Assembly (NCBI GenBank): GCA_951406725.2
Contig: OX597816.1
Location: 87,730,001-87,794,000 of the forward strand
Length of the DNA: 64,000 nt
Direction: 5' to 3'
Source: Octopus vulgaris
Lineage: Eukaryota
Each line of letters begins with the position of its first letter. The stretch's first letter is position 1. The notes under the pieces are model-generated. The model had not been told where the DNA came from. It worked only from the letters and a program-made list of their open reading frames with translations, and ran no database searches. Below, in pieces: positions 24,791-37,901 of this stretch. The position numbers and the translations under genes were made by a program.

Positions 24791-25371
24791 TAAACCTTAT
24801 TCTTGGGTAACCTTCTTTATCAGAGTCTGGTCTCATGGATGTTCTCATATACATGCATAAACATGCACTCACACTCTTGTGCTTTCTGGAATGCATGTGT
24901 ATCCCAGCATGCATGTGTACTCATCCTCCTAGAAATAGCTGCCAAATCACTCTCTACCACCTAAAATAAAATATTAAAAATGGAAGGACATTTGAAAATG
25001 TAATTTTCAGTACTTGGCAATAAGCTATGATGGTTATTGTCACAATACCTTTTAAAACTGGATGTATCCAGTCAATATGAATGTGGTACTAGACAACAGC
25101 AAGCATGTGTGTGCACACACACTTGCACATGCACACATATACACACATACTTATATTTGCTCAGTATGTAGAACACAGTATGCTATTTACTAATGTTAGG
25201 GCAGCTATTCTCAAACCTAACTGAATTAGCATCACTCTCAAACACATCTCGAATACACACACACACACACACACACACATATTCAAATCAGGCAAACCCT
25301 CACTATACAACTGGTATTTAAATCCTGTTTCTTCTTTAAATCGTCTCTTCTTTCTTCTATTAACACTGCAG

Positions 25372-25398
25372 TCTACCACCTGGGAAGCCTCCCAAACA
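25372..25398 (+). CDS. Candidate 27-nt symmetric microexon (V)YHLGSLPN
   Basis: Pyrimidine tract + ttaac + ctgcag acceptor, CA|gtgagt consensus donor, phase 1/1, no stop. Confidence 0.6.
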
Positions 25399-25678
25399 GT
25401 GAGTCTCCATCCGTTCTCTTTTTTATCAACTCCTTAGTTACTTATTATTATTATTATTATTACTATTTATGTTCCCCATCAACCACTTTGAGTTTTGACT
25501 AGTTCTGTGTATTTATTATTATTATTATTATTATTTTTATTTTCACTTTGTTGTTCTTTTGTAGCTCCCATCTACCCCCCCAGTTCTTTCTTGCCTGTTT
25601 ATATATGTCTTAGTTTAGATAATTTACCATTCTGATGCTTATTAGTTTGTAATTGTATTTTTCAGTTTTTTTTTTTTG

Positions 25679-25709
<31 letters not shown>

Positions 25710-25890
25710 GTTTTGCTGTATATTTCATTCTGTTGTCGTTGCTTCTTTTCTGTAAATTCGCTGTTTGTTATTTTCTGAATGGTTTCAGTCATTATATATA
25801 CTTTCACATGATGGATGTCATACTACATCTAGCAATTAATGTCACTGTTCTGCTGTCTTTGGATTTCTTTTCTGTTACTTTTATATATAT

Positions 25891-25926
<36 letters not shown>

Positions 25927-26389
25927 CCACCGCAAGCTCCAAGTAGAGCTAGTTATTTTTGGGGTTTTTTTTTTACTATAGTGATCAAGGTAATTTCACT
26001 CTCCTTTCTGCTGCCTCCTACCACACCTTATTATCTGGCATCTAGATGTAAACATATAATTGTAGTAAATATTTATGTGTGTTTGTATGTGAATAGTTGC
26101 ATGGTAAGAGGCTGCCATTCCATTAGCAACAACCAATTCAAAAACAGTCTTGGACATAGACTCAGCTGGTCAACTATCTCTTTGGCTACTAGTAACATAT
26201 CAACACCCACTCGCTCTCCCTCTACCTCCCCCCACACACACACACACGTACATATCGTTTTAGTTGTTATTATACTTTTGTACAAAACTTCAAATGCGCT
26301 CAAAAGGTTTGTAGAATTTATGACAAGTCAATCAAACAAAACATTTCAGTATGAGAAAATAATCCTGTTCGTCAACACACTCACACGCG

Positions 26390-26420
<31 letters not shown>

Positions 26421-26555
26421 TGTGTGTGCATTTTTAGTCTATTTTTGAATACTACGATTTTTAATAACTTTTGTGCCACTTGTCGTTTAGCTTTTCAAAC
26501 CGTTGTCAGTTTACTTTGACCCCATTGGTTTATGTGTACTACAATTAGAATTCCT

Positions 26556-26786
26556 ATTTCTTTACTACCCACAAGGGGCTAAACACAGAGAGGACAAACA
26601 AGGACAGACAAACGGATTAAGTCGATTATATCGACCCCAGTACGTAACTGGTACTTAATTTATCGACCCCGAAAGGATGAAAGGCAAAGTCGACCTCGGC
26701 GGAATTTGAACCCAGAACGTAACGACAGACAAAATACGGCTACGCATTTCGCCCGGCGTGCTAACGATTCTGCCAGCTCGCCACCT
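26556..26786 (-). mobile_element. Young tRNA-derived SINE, family A
   Basis: CpG-rich, highly similar to 61915-62147; 11-bp TSD TTAGAATTCCT at 26545-55 and 26787-97. Confidence 0.9.
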
Positions 26787-28734
26787 TTAGAATTCCTGTG
26801 TTCAAAAATTATAATTTAGAAGTAGTTATGGGAACACATTTTTGAAATGGAAAAAAAAAATGAATAAATAATAATTAGGTGATTAAATAAACAGGAGTGA
26901 TATTGTTTCATAAAATTGTCCACCCCTGTAAAATCATGATTAGTGGTTAGACCATATAAAGCAATAAAAAAAATTGGCAAGTGCCAAAGGAAGAAAGCTA
27001 CGTGGGTGGAGAGTGCTATTATGATTCTATTGATAAAAAAAAACACTTATGATTCTTTTTAGGAGCAGTTGATCTTGAAGCACATACAGCTATATATAGT
27101 AGCATATCAGTATTGTGTTGAAAAACCTTTTCGATAGAGAAAGTGACAAGTAGGACACCTGTTAAACCTACAGATGTGGGTTTGTGTCGGACCAGGCAGT
27201 TTTTGACATAATCAGTCCAAAAGTGATATGATATGTGCTTCAAGATTCACTGTTTCTAAAATAGAATTATCTCATGTTATCTCAAAAGTTTATAAAATCC
27301 TCATGGCAACAACAAAATCAATAAAATCTGTGTTAATAAAGTTTTGAAATCAAGTAAGTCCTTGTGACATTAGGACAGGGGAATTGTGAGGTCTGAAAAA
27401 TACTGGACAATACTGGGTAGATCACCTTTGATCTTAGGTCTGTTGGATCAGTTTAATGTAAGGATGAACAATAAGAAATAGATAGAACTATAGTTGGAAA
27501 GAGTATGAGTGCATGGCTTAGTGGTTACAGTGTTGTAAGATTGTGGTTTCCATTCCTGGACTGAGTGATGTGTTGTGCTGTTGAGCAAAACACTTTTTTT
27601 CACATTGCTCCAGTCTGCCCAGCTAGCAAAAATTAGTACTCCTGCAGCAGACCAATGCCCCATCCAGGGAGGTATAAATACATCAGAGAAACCAGGAAAT
27701 AGGCCCTCTGCCTCCTACAGAGTGATGTGGAGTTACCCCTAAATTTGGAAGGTGGGGGTTAGCTAATTAAAAATTGACTTTTACATCAGCACAAGGCTAC
27801 AAGTTTTGGAGACAAGAGCACTTGACTAGTGCTTTATTGACCAGGAATGATAAAAGGTAAAATTTACCTTTGCAGGATTTGAACTCAGACCATAAGGAAT
27901 GTGAGCAAATACTACGAGGCATTTTGTCTGACACTTTATTGATTTTACCAGTGCACCACCCTCAGGTCATTAAATATTAATTTCAAATTTTGGCACAAGG
28001 CCAGCAATTTCTGGGGTGTTGGGTTAGTTGATTACATCAACTACAATGTTCAAATGGTACTTAGTGTATCGATCCTGAAAGGGTGAAAGTCAAAGTCACC
28101 CTCAGTAATATGAACTCAGAATGTATAGATAGACAAAGTGCCACTAAGCATTTTGCCCAGCATGCCCACAATTCTGCCAGCTTGCTGCCTTACAGATAAT
28201 TAAATATTAATACTTATTATTATTTTGATGGGGGTGTCTATATTTAATTCCCTCTATTCATATAATTTTTTTTAATCCTCTTTCTCTCTTTTCCTTGATA
28301 ATCTATTTTACCTCAGATCACTAATATTTATGTCTCACTCTCTCTCCCGCTTCCTCTCCCCATATATATATATATATATATACATACACACATATACAAC
28401 ACTTAGGCACATTCATGCAATAATGTTTGAGAGGAAAACTATCATGCATACTTATATATATATACATACATACATAATGTGTCTGAGACATAAAACCTTA
28501 ACAAGATCTATAAATATAGTTTGACTTTACTATGAGTAGAAGTGATGGGTAAAATAAATTCCTTTGTATAATTTATTTCTTCTATAAAACTCATCAATCT
28601 TTTCTTTTTGACTTCAATATTTTGTGGGATATGTTTGTACAAGTCCACCCTTCACATATGTGTTTTCTTAACTGCTTTCATTTTTCTCTTCATAATTTTT
28701 CCTTACACAAAGAAAGGTTGCAGTTAGTACTCTG

Positions 28735-28827
<93 letters not shown>
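28735..28827. repeat. Perfect (TTA)n, about 30 units
   Basis: Direct inspection. Confidence 0.95.
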
Positions 28828-30170
28828 TTACTCTTGGTCTTTCTCTTTTCCTTATTATATCTCCTCTTTTACTGCCTTTTCTTTTCTTTCAGTAACAAAT
28901 ATCCTATAATTTTTCTTTTTTCTTCCTTATCCTTTTTGTTGTTCTTACCCACTGTCCTCTGCAATATTTTTTTTTTTTTTTTGCGTATGTGTATTTATAT
29001 CCTTGATTTAAAAACAAAAACAAAAAAACAAATTTATGTTGTGTCTTTATTGTTATGTTGATGATGTCAGAAACGGAGGTCAACTGATTGACTGTGTCCT
29101 TCTCAAAATGTTGGTCTGATGCCATTGTGAGAAATCATTATTTTCTTTGATGGTGATCACCATGATAATATTGATCATAATTAATGTTGTCATTATTATT
29201 GATTAATTTTCACACTATTTTAGTGGGTGGAGAAATGAAAATTATGCAGTTTTCTATTTTTTCTACTATTTTCAGTCATTAAACTTATGGCCATGCTAGA
29301 ACACCACCTTCAAAGGTTTCAGTTAATTACTATATCAACCTTTAGTCCTTTGTAGACTAACATTATTTCACTGGCCTCAGGAGGGATGATAACCAAAACT
29401 GATATAGGCAGGATTTGAACTCTGTTCATAAAGGTACATGCCAAATAATACCTTCCTGTATTTTGTCCAAGGCCTAACCAACTGGGCCAATCTAGTGAGT
29501 ACGTTGAAGGCAAAATTGCTAAATTTATTTGAGATCAGTTGACTGAGCTGATGTCCTTATATCATAATGAGAATCATCATTTTAATGTCCACTTTTCCTG
29601 ATTTGCATGAGTCAGACATAATTTGTTAATTAGTGCTTAGATATTAGTTGAGACAGATTTTTCTATAACCAGATGCTCTTCCTGTTACTAACCCTCATCT
29701 GTTCCCAGACAAAGTAATATTTTCCCATGGCCAGACATTTTTTTTTATTGAAGATTGGAAACAAATGATGCTCATTTGCAACCATTACACTATACCAAGA
29801 TGATGATGATGATGTACATACACACACACACACACAATGACACATATGATGGGCTTCTTTCAGTTTCCATCTACCAAAACTACTCTCAAGACTTTGGTTG
29901 GCTCTGGGCCGTTTGCCTTTTTGAAGTTGACAAAATGAAGTACCAGTCACGTACTGGGCTTTATTTAATTGACAAACGTTGGTTTCTAATATTTCTGCCT
30001 TCTTGCCACAATTAGAAAGAATTATCATTATTTATTTGTTTATTATTGTTTTATTTCTCAGTGCACTCAATCTTGTTTGCTGTAGTAGGTTCTGTGAGCC
30101 AAAGTTTGAGACCAATGTTATTATAATAAAGACATATTCAACCAAGGTCGATTTTGACTTTCATCCTTTA

Positions 30171-30427
30171 TATTTATGTATATGCGCCCTTTTTTAAAGC
30201 CTAGCCAGGCTCATGGGCCCAGTTTCCCGGTTTCTATGGTGTATGTGTTCCCCAGCTGGACAGGACACCAGTCTGCGTTACTCATTTTTGCCAGCTGAGT
30301 GAACTGGAGCAACGTGAAATGAAGTGTTTTGCTCAAGAACACAACGCGTCGGCCAGTCCAGGAATCGAAACCACAATCTTACGATCATGGTGCTGACACC
30401 CTAACCACTAAGCCATGCGCCTCCACC
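30171..30427 (-). mobile_element. SINE family C nested in a family A SINE
   Basis: 13-bp TSD CTTTCATCCTTTA 30158-70/30428-40, which is the family A core sequence. Confidence 0.9.
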
Positions 30428-30817
30428 CTTTCATCCTTTAGGAGTCAGTAAAATAAGTACCTATTGAATACTTGGGCCAATGTAATCAACTATCTGCACC
30501 CAACTCTCCTGCCAGACAAAAAAAAAAAGAAAATTCAGGTCTTTTGCTTAGAGTAGAAAGGATTATTATAATAAGGACAGTAGATATTAGAATTCACAGG
30601 CAGGTAGTATTTCTAGTTTGGATTCTTCTGATTCTGAGTTCAAATTCTAACAGAATTGTCTTTGCACTTCCTTTGCTTTCTTTGCATTCTTCCAGGGGTG
30701 CAATAAAATTCACACCAGGCAACCACTGCAGTTTGATTAATTAACTGTTCCACTCCTAAAATGTGTAGCCATTATCATATTCTATTTTACATCAATATCA
30801 TCATCACCACTAATTTT

Positions 30818-30859
<42 letters not shown>

Positions 30860-32578
30860 GTTATTTGAAGTCTTTCCATTATGAATGTTATTACCTTTGC
30901 TCTTGATGATGTTATATATAACCTTTATCTTTATTGTTATTATAATCATTTATTCCACCACTACCACCATTATCATCATCATCATCAACATTCCACATCT
31001 CCCAAAAACAAACAAGATTTCATCTGTAGGTTATACTGCTTTTTTTTTTTTATTTCTCTTTTTCTTTTTCTGCCCCTGCTGTAAGCATGTCTTCTCGATT
31101 TCCCCCCAATTTTTCCTTTTTTTTTGTTTGTTATTATATTTTCATGCTTAAAGTATTTGCTGTTTTATTTATTTATTTATGTTTTTTTCTTTCTAAGTGT
31201 CTTTTAACTATTATTTTCTTCTTTACTTCACATTTGATTCCAGTTTCCACTAAATGCTATCCCATCACCCACTTTTATGTTCTTTAAATTTTTTTTTCTT
31301 CCCTTTAAATTCATAAATGAAAATAAATTTTTTTTAAAAATGTTAAATGAAGCCAGAATAAAATGAATGTGCAACCATTTATTGGGAAATAAATTAAGAA
31401 CAAAGAGCAAAAACTATAGGGTATTGGATTAGAATCATTATTATTATTATAGATTAACCTTTTGGTGTTGTTTGAAGTGGAGAAGTGATAGATATTGTAG
31501 ATTAGCAGGTGAAATATCTAATAGTATTTATAGTTCCACACTTTACAGATTCTGAAATGAAATCTTACCAAGAAGGGCTTTCAATTTTTTTTCTTTATTT
31601 ATGTCACCCAGGGTTTGATAAAAGAGGTACATGTCATGTTGTGAGTAGAAAAGGGATAGAAAATCAATTTGGTTGTCTAGACATTCCTTCTTTAAACTTC
31701 TCTGCTAATTTAAGAAATCCTTATTAACTTGAGGTTCTTAGAGTTCAGATATTATGCAGGCATATTTCATTTGTTGGCTTTTGAAGCAGATTAATGTTTA
31801 ATAGTTATTTAAAATAGTCTTAAAAAATTAATGGAAAATTCTCAAAAACATTGTGTCTTGTTTTGAACTCACAGCTTATGAATTATATGGTCTATTATTT
31901 TGTCAAATCTAAAACAAAATCTAAATTAAGATCCAGAATCCAAGTAAACTGGTGGTAGTTTGTGTTAGCAAAAGTTAATCAGTAGAAATTAGACTGATTA
32001 AAAAGAAAATAATGGAAATTTGGGGTGCACGTGAGGTGAAAAAATCCTGTTTCAGAAAGTTGTTATTTGGTAAAAAGACTATAGTGGCTGATATTTTTTC
32101 TCTCTGAAGAAATGTCTGAAACACTGTTTTTCTCTCTCATTCTTTATGGCAAATCAACTTAACTGTAATATATTCATTCTTTTTGTGAGCTTTAAAAAAA
32201 TTCATAAATTCAGGCTATAGAGGAAAGAATTGCAATTGCAATCATTCTTTCAGTTTTCATGTCTTTGGAGAAAAATATAAATCTGTCCTCTTTTATTTTT
32301 TTAGTTTTCTTTGTGAATTTTTCTGTGGAAAGAAAAGGAAAATGCATGAGTGGGTCAAGTTTTGGACTACCATTTCAAGATCTAAGGCTTTTTCATTATA
32401 TCTTTTGGGTTGAGCAATCATCTTTAGATCCCCCTTGAATCAATTAAGTGTAGGGGTGCCACTAATAAAAAAACTTGAAATTTTATAGGATTTCTGTTGG
32501 AATTATAAGGGCATTTTGTTTTTATTCTAAATCTCTAGGATTTACTAGGGTTGTCGAGGGCATCAAAGTGACTTCAAC

Positions 32579-32811
32579 TTAACCCTCTAGCATTCAGAGT
32601 ATTTTGTCAAGTATAATTAATGCTTATTTATTCAATTGTTTTGAATTAATCATGCATCATCTCACAGCTGTTAGATTTTGATGATGTGATTGTTTCTTTT
32701 TAGATAAACATTGTAGAGTAGGTGCAAGAGACCAGATCTGGCTGGTTTTCACATGAAAGTGGTAGAAAAATTTTTGGCTGGATACAGCTGGTTTAAATGC
32801 TAGGGGGTTAA
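32579..32811. mobile_element. piggyBac-type MITE family 1
   Basis: TTAA-CCCTCTAGCATT ... AATGCTAGGGGG-TTAA. Confidence 0.8.
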
Positions 32812-34602
32812 GTTAGCGTGCTCTATCAAAAGCAATCAGATGAGTTATTTATCAAAAAAATTGAAGTGATCTACTTGTCAGGAAAAGCAAAATGGCTAAG
32901 TGAATAAGATGTTGAGTTCAAACCTGCTGCAAACATCTCATAGCATTTTTACATCATAATATTTAATTCTGTATTGTTTTCCTTATTCAGCTGTAGTGAA
33001 TGAGGTAATTCAGTAACAATCAAACCAGCTTTTGGAAAAAAATTAAAAAAATTAACAGCTATTAATACACATTTATCTAATGAAAATGTTACCACTTATC
33101 TTAATGTTACATAAACTCATGTTAAGAATTCATTTTATGGATCATTATGATTTGTGAAAGGATCTATTTTAACAATACAAATTGTAATTTAAATATCTTA
33201 ATGAAATTATCAACATTGGTTTTATGTTTTAATCTGTGTAATATCACATACTTGCAATGTCTAGACTCTGTTGTTCTTTTGAGAGAGCTTTCTCTTTCAT
33301 ATTTCAAGTAAATAATTGTCCAGCAACTGAGATTGATTTAGTCAATTATTTTCTCTAAAAATGTGTGATCTTTTGTAGTAGTAGTAGTGTAAATACAATC
33401 TTTATTCTCATACAATCGTATCAGTTATTTACTGAAGTATATCATATCAACTATGACCTCATTCCTTTATCAAAGAACTTCCAAAATCTCTTGAATTCTG
33501 TGCATCTAGTGTGTAAGTATGAGTGCGCATAGACACACACACACACAAACAGAACACATACATGTGTACACACACTCATACATATTTAGATATAGGTCAT
33601 TATACTGAATTAAAGGAAATATAAACCAAGAATAAAAAAACAAAATAAAAACAGTCGCTAAAAAGATAGAAACAACAAAACACACATCAGAAGGATATTT
33701 TTCTTTAATTCAATTGTTTCCCTTTTTTTTTTATGTTTTGTATCTTAAATTGCTTGCTTGCTCAATTTTACTATTGCTGAAAGCTTTCATCTCTAAGCAT
33801 TTCATTTATTTTTATTTGTTATTCTGTTGCATCTTTCCCCAATACTAAGAAAAAAAAATTAAATTAAGCAATGCTAATGCAGCAGAAATCGGATAAAACA
33901 TCAGGTGCATTTAGAATAAAACCATAGGAGTTGCTAAATATGTTAAATATAATAAGTTTCAGATCATTCTATAAGCTTCATTAGTTTTGTTTTATTTTAT
34001 TTTCATATATTTTATTTCCTTTTAAGGGTTTCTATTATTTGTTTCTTTTCCTTCATTTTGTTCTTTGTTTTTTTTTTTTGTTTTTTATTTTTTCAGGGGG
34101 GTTCATAGTGCTCTTTCTTACCCTCTTCATTCTTATTTTGTTTGTCTTATTCCCCCTTTTCCCACTCTTCTGACTCTTTGAAAACATATACAAATATTAG
34201 AACAACTTCTGTGTAGTTTAAAATTTTCAAGTTGAAAATTTTTTTTCTTGTTTTTTGGGTTTTTTTTACCCTCCAAAAAAAGTAAAAATTGCCTCTTCAT
34301 AGGAATTATAGTTAGAAATCTAAAAGAAAATTAATACCTTGTAGCACACATGCACCAAGCTAATGCACTGGGGAATATCAAGAGCTCAGCATTTAATTGG
34401 TTAATTGACTCTGAAATGTGCACTATCAAATATTGCATAATTATATATATATATTCCTACCTTTCTAAACAGCTTTTACTGTATGGCATTTTGATATCTC
34501 ACAAAGGTTTTGGTTTCTCTTTCATCTTTTCTGCTCAATAATTGAATAACAAATAAGCTCTGGGGCAAAGCTAATATGGTATCATGGTTGAGATTCTATT
34601 AC

Positions 34603-34822
34603 TTAACCCTTTAGCAATCAGATTACTCTCTCAAATGTAATGCATATTTGTTCTCATCATTTTGAATTAATCATGCATTATCTTGTAGCTTTGAGATTTT
34701 GGTGATGTGATTATTTTTTTTTTAGAATGACATTGTAGGGTAGGTGCTAGAGGCTGATTTGAACATAAAAACCAGTAGAATATTTGGGCCAGATATGGCC
34801 AATTAAAATGCTAAAGTGTTAA
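34603..34822. mobile_element. piggyBac-type MITE family 1
   Basis: TTAA-CCCTTTAGCAAT ... AATGCTAAAGTG-TTAA. Confidence 0.8.
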
Positions 34823-37700
34823 GCCAGTACTAAGATTCTTCGAAGAAGGCACTTACCATTCAGCCTGGCGGGGGTGGGGGGTTCTAATGAGTGGTTAACT
34901 TCATAATAAGATATTCTCTCTCTGTCCCCCATCCCTATATATATGTATATGTATATATAGTAAGGTGGTCAAGTAAGCAGATAAATTGTTGTGGTGTTTG
35001 TTCTGGCTCTTAATGTTTTGAGTTCAGATCCCACTGGCATCAGCTTTACCGTTCATCCTCTCAAAGATTGATAACTAAAATACTAATGTGAGTACCTCAG
35101 TGTAGTTAGTTGATGTCTCTTCTATGCATAAAAACCAAAACACCCTCAAATCACAATTTACCATCTTCAAAAATTAAAATGAGAAGAACATATTGGATAA
35201 TAAAGCTTTAGATAGACACTGACTGACTAAAGACTATGTTTGCGTTTGGAATGTCTTTGATAATTTATCTGCTCAATCAGAACTGGTTTGGGGCTCAAGA
35301 AATTACTAATTACACTAATTTCAGTTGGCACAACCCATTCTCCCTCCACCATTTGTTGCATCCTAGATGCTCCACTAGGTTAATTGCAGGAAACCTGAAA
35401 GGGTGTTTGATATTTGTTCCTACTTATGTAGACATCTAAAATCAATAGTGAAACCATGTTACATGCGGTACTAAGTCATCGTTTGTTGAGCATGACTACA
35501 TCTTTAATATCACATAATTTACTCATATTTGTACTCACTGCAACATTTTCTGATTGATCTCATCTGAGGCATAACGTCACTAAGTGCTCAATGAATTGTA
35601 AACAATAAGCTAGGATATTCAGAGCTGCAAATTTGGTCCACATCAATGCTTTTCAGAGCTCGTGGCACTGCCCTCTGTGGCTCAGTGGAAAATTTTATAT
35701 TGGTACTGGGAATGAAACGAGCAGTAGAAAGGAGCAATAGCTTCATTATTAAATATAATATTATGTATTGCTTGTTAGCAACAATGACAATAACTGTAGT
35801 GATGACAACATGACAATAATATCAAACTTCAAAATGTGAATTAGTAAATAATTGATGCTAAATAAGCAAAACCAAATATATGTTATCTATGGCTGTAAAT
35901 TAGAAACAATATACTAAAGTATTATTTAAAAGGCACTGTCAAAATCTGAGTGTTTTCACACATGCAATAAAGAGGGCCACTGCATCTGTAGCATTTGGTA
36001 ACATCATGATATGCCTTGAATTTTTATTCGAATGAATCGACCCCAGTACTTGGATTTCTTACTAAGCCTGATACTTATTGTATTGGTCTCTTTTGCCAAA
36101 CTGCTAGGTTACAGAGGTGTAGACACACCAACACGAGCTGTCAAACAGTGGTGGGGGACAAAGACACACACATATATATATACATGACAGGTTTCTTCCA
36201 GTTTGTCTACCAAATCCACTCACAAGGCTTTGACCAGCCCAAGGTGCCACGCAGTGGGACTGAACCCAGAACCATATAGTCAAGAAGCAAGCTTCTAACC
36301 ACACAGCCACACTTGTGCCTATAAATAAAATACAGCTATAAAACAGAATTTAAAAGTAAATATCAGCTGGGAGCTACAGAGATGTATATGAAGCAGAATA
36401 GTAATGTGGTGCTGTGGAAAGTAAATTCCTATGTCAAACTAGTTTTTGGAACTAAATTACTCTGGTTTTGTATTGCGTGTATGTACATTAAAAATCAAGG
36501 ACAGGAGCATTGAATCATAGCAAAGTGACAATGGAAAACATGTCAGTATAAAAGAAAAGGGGTAATAGTTGCAAAAAGTTTGGAAACTTTGGTTCACTTG
36601 ATAAATATAGAATAAATTTAACAACTCTGTGAAGCATTCAGAATTATATTGTCTTCATATTGAGTCAGGTCCTCTTTCTTTTAACTGAATTTATGATTTA
36701 CTTCATCATGCGACTGCAAGAAAAGGACACAACAGTAATTGCCTGATTCTACATCAGAAGCACAGTGTGATTTTTCTTTTTATTATTATTATTCAAGGGA
36801 CCATGCATTGGAACTGAACCTGAAACCATGTGGCTGGGAAGCCGACTTCTTGACTACACACACACACACTGTATATGTCCCATGTCTTAGACTTAGAAAC
36901 TATCATTCAGTTTGGCTTATCTTGCCATGATCTCCAATCACTATTGTATTTACTGGTTGTGTGATGGTTTAATAAAACAATATCATCTAGATTAAAATCA
37001 TCACATATAAGAAGATATTCCTACCGTATTACCGTTATTGGTTTTATCAATGAAAGAAAACATTATTATTATTATTATTTTGCATTCCCTTGACATTCCA
37101 TTCTTTTAACCCCCACCTCTTGTTTGGTCATACTAAAGACACTAATTTCTTTTGGTTATTTGGTTCAAATGCTATTTCTCTTCCTTTCACTTTCACCATT
37201 CTAGTTCTTACCTCATTCATTCTGTTGCAGTGGTTTTCCTTTTTTGTTTATTATTTTTTTTTTCTTCTTCTTACCCCTCATCAAATAGAGAAGTATCCAG
37301 ATCCTTTTGCTCATACTTTGATGGGCTAACCACCTGCTGGCAATCATTGCAGTCTTCCTACTCTATAAATAAGAATAATGTCTGCTGTTTAATGATTGAA
37401 GCCAGCAAAAATGCATGCAATACAAGTAAATAGATATTATGTAAGACAAAGCTACTGCTACCAGTAGTGGTAGATAGAACGATAAAAAATAGTATCTATA
37501 TAATATAAAAATTAGTAATAGTAATAATAAAAAAACTGATATATTTAGAAAAAATATATACTTAATTAAATCCGGCTTCTAAACAACTTTCCCGACAATC
37601 CCCTCCCTACCAAAAATACGGGAGCAAAATTATTATCTCAACAAAAAAAAGTAAAAGATAAACTAATGTCTATTATTGCCTTTGTTATCAAATTCTACAG

Positions 37701-37901
37701 TGAACAAATCCGATAGACAGATGCCTACAACAGCAACGACCACCACCACCACCATCACCACGACTACCACACCAGTTCCTAAGACCACTTCGAAGTACTT
37801 TGCAAGATGTCCACCTTGTAAACCATGTATAACACCTGATCCCAAGATTCATGTCAGGAGACCGGATGCCAAGTTTCCTTGGGCAACACAGCCATCTGAT
37901 G
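37701..37901 (+). CDS. Sema1a: Probable semaphorin stalk exon: Thr-rich mucin-like segment + CPPCKPC (phase 1/1, 201 nt)
   Basis: ctaat branch-like site, ctacag acceptor, G|gttagc donor; open in the phase left by the upstream exon; GC-richer coding-like island. Confidence 0.75.

Noticed and set aside
28622-28909. Poly-Leu/poly-Ile ORFs resembling transmembrane helices (also 51239-51611)
   Set aside because: Derived from (TTA)n repeats; no suitable splice sites tie them to the semaphorin frame, so not the TM exon.
33869-33904. 36-nt phase-1 open segment (A)MLMQQKSDKTS
   Set aside because: Acceptor is preceded by an A-run rather than pyrimidines and the donor gtgcat is weak; insufficient support.
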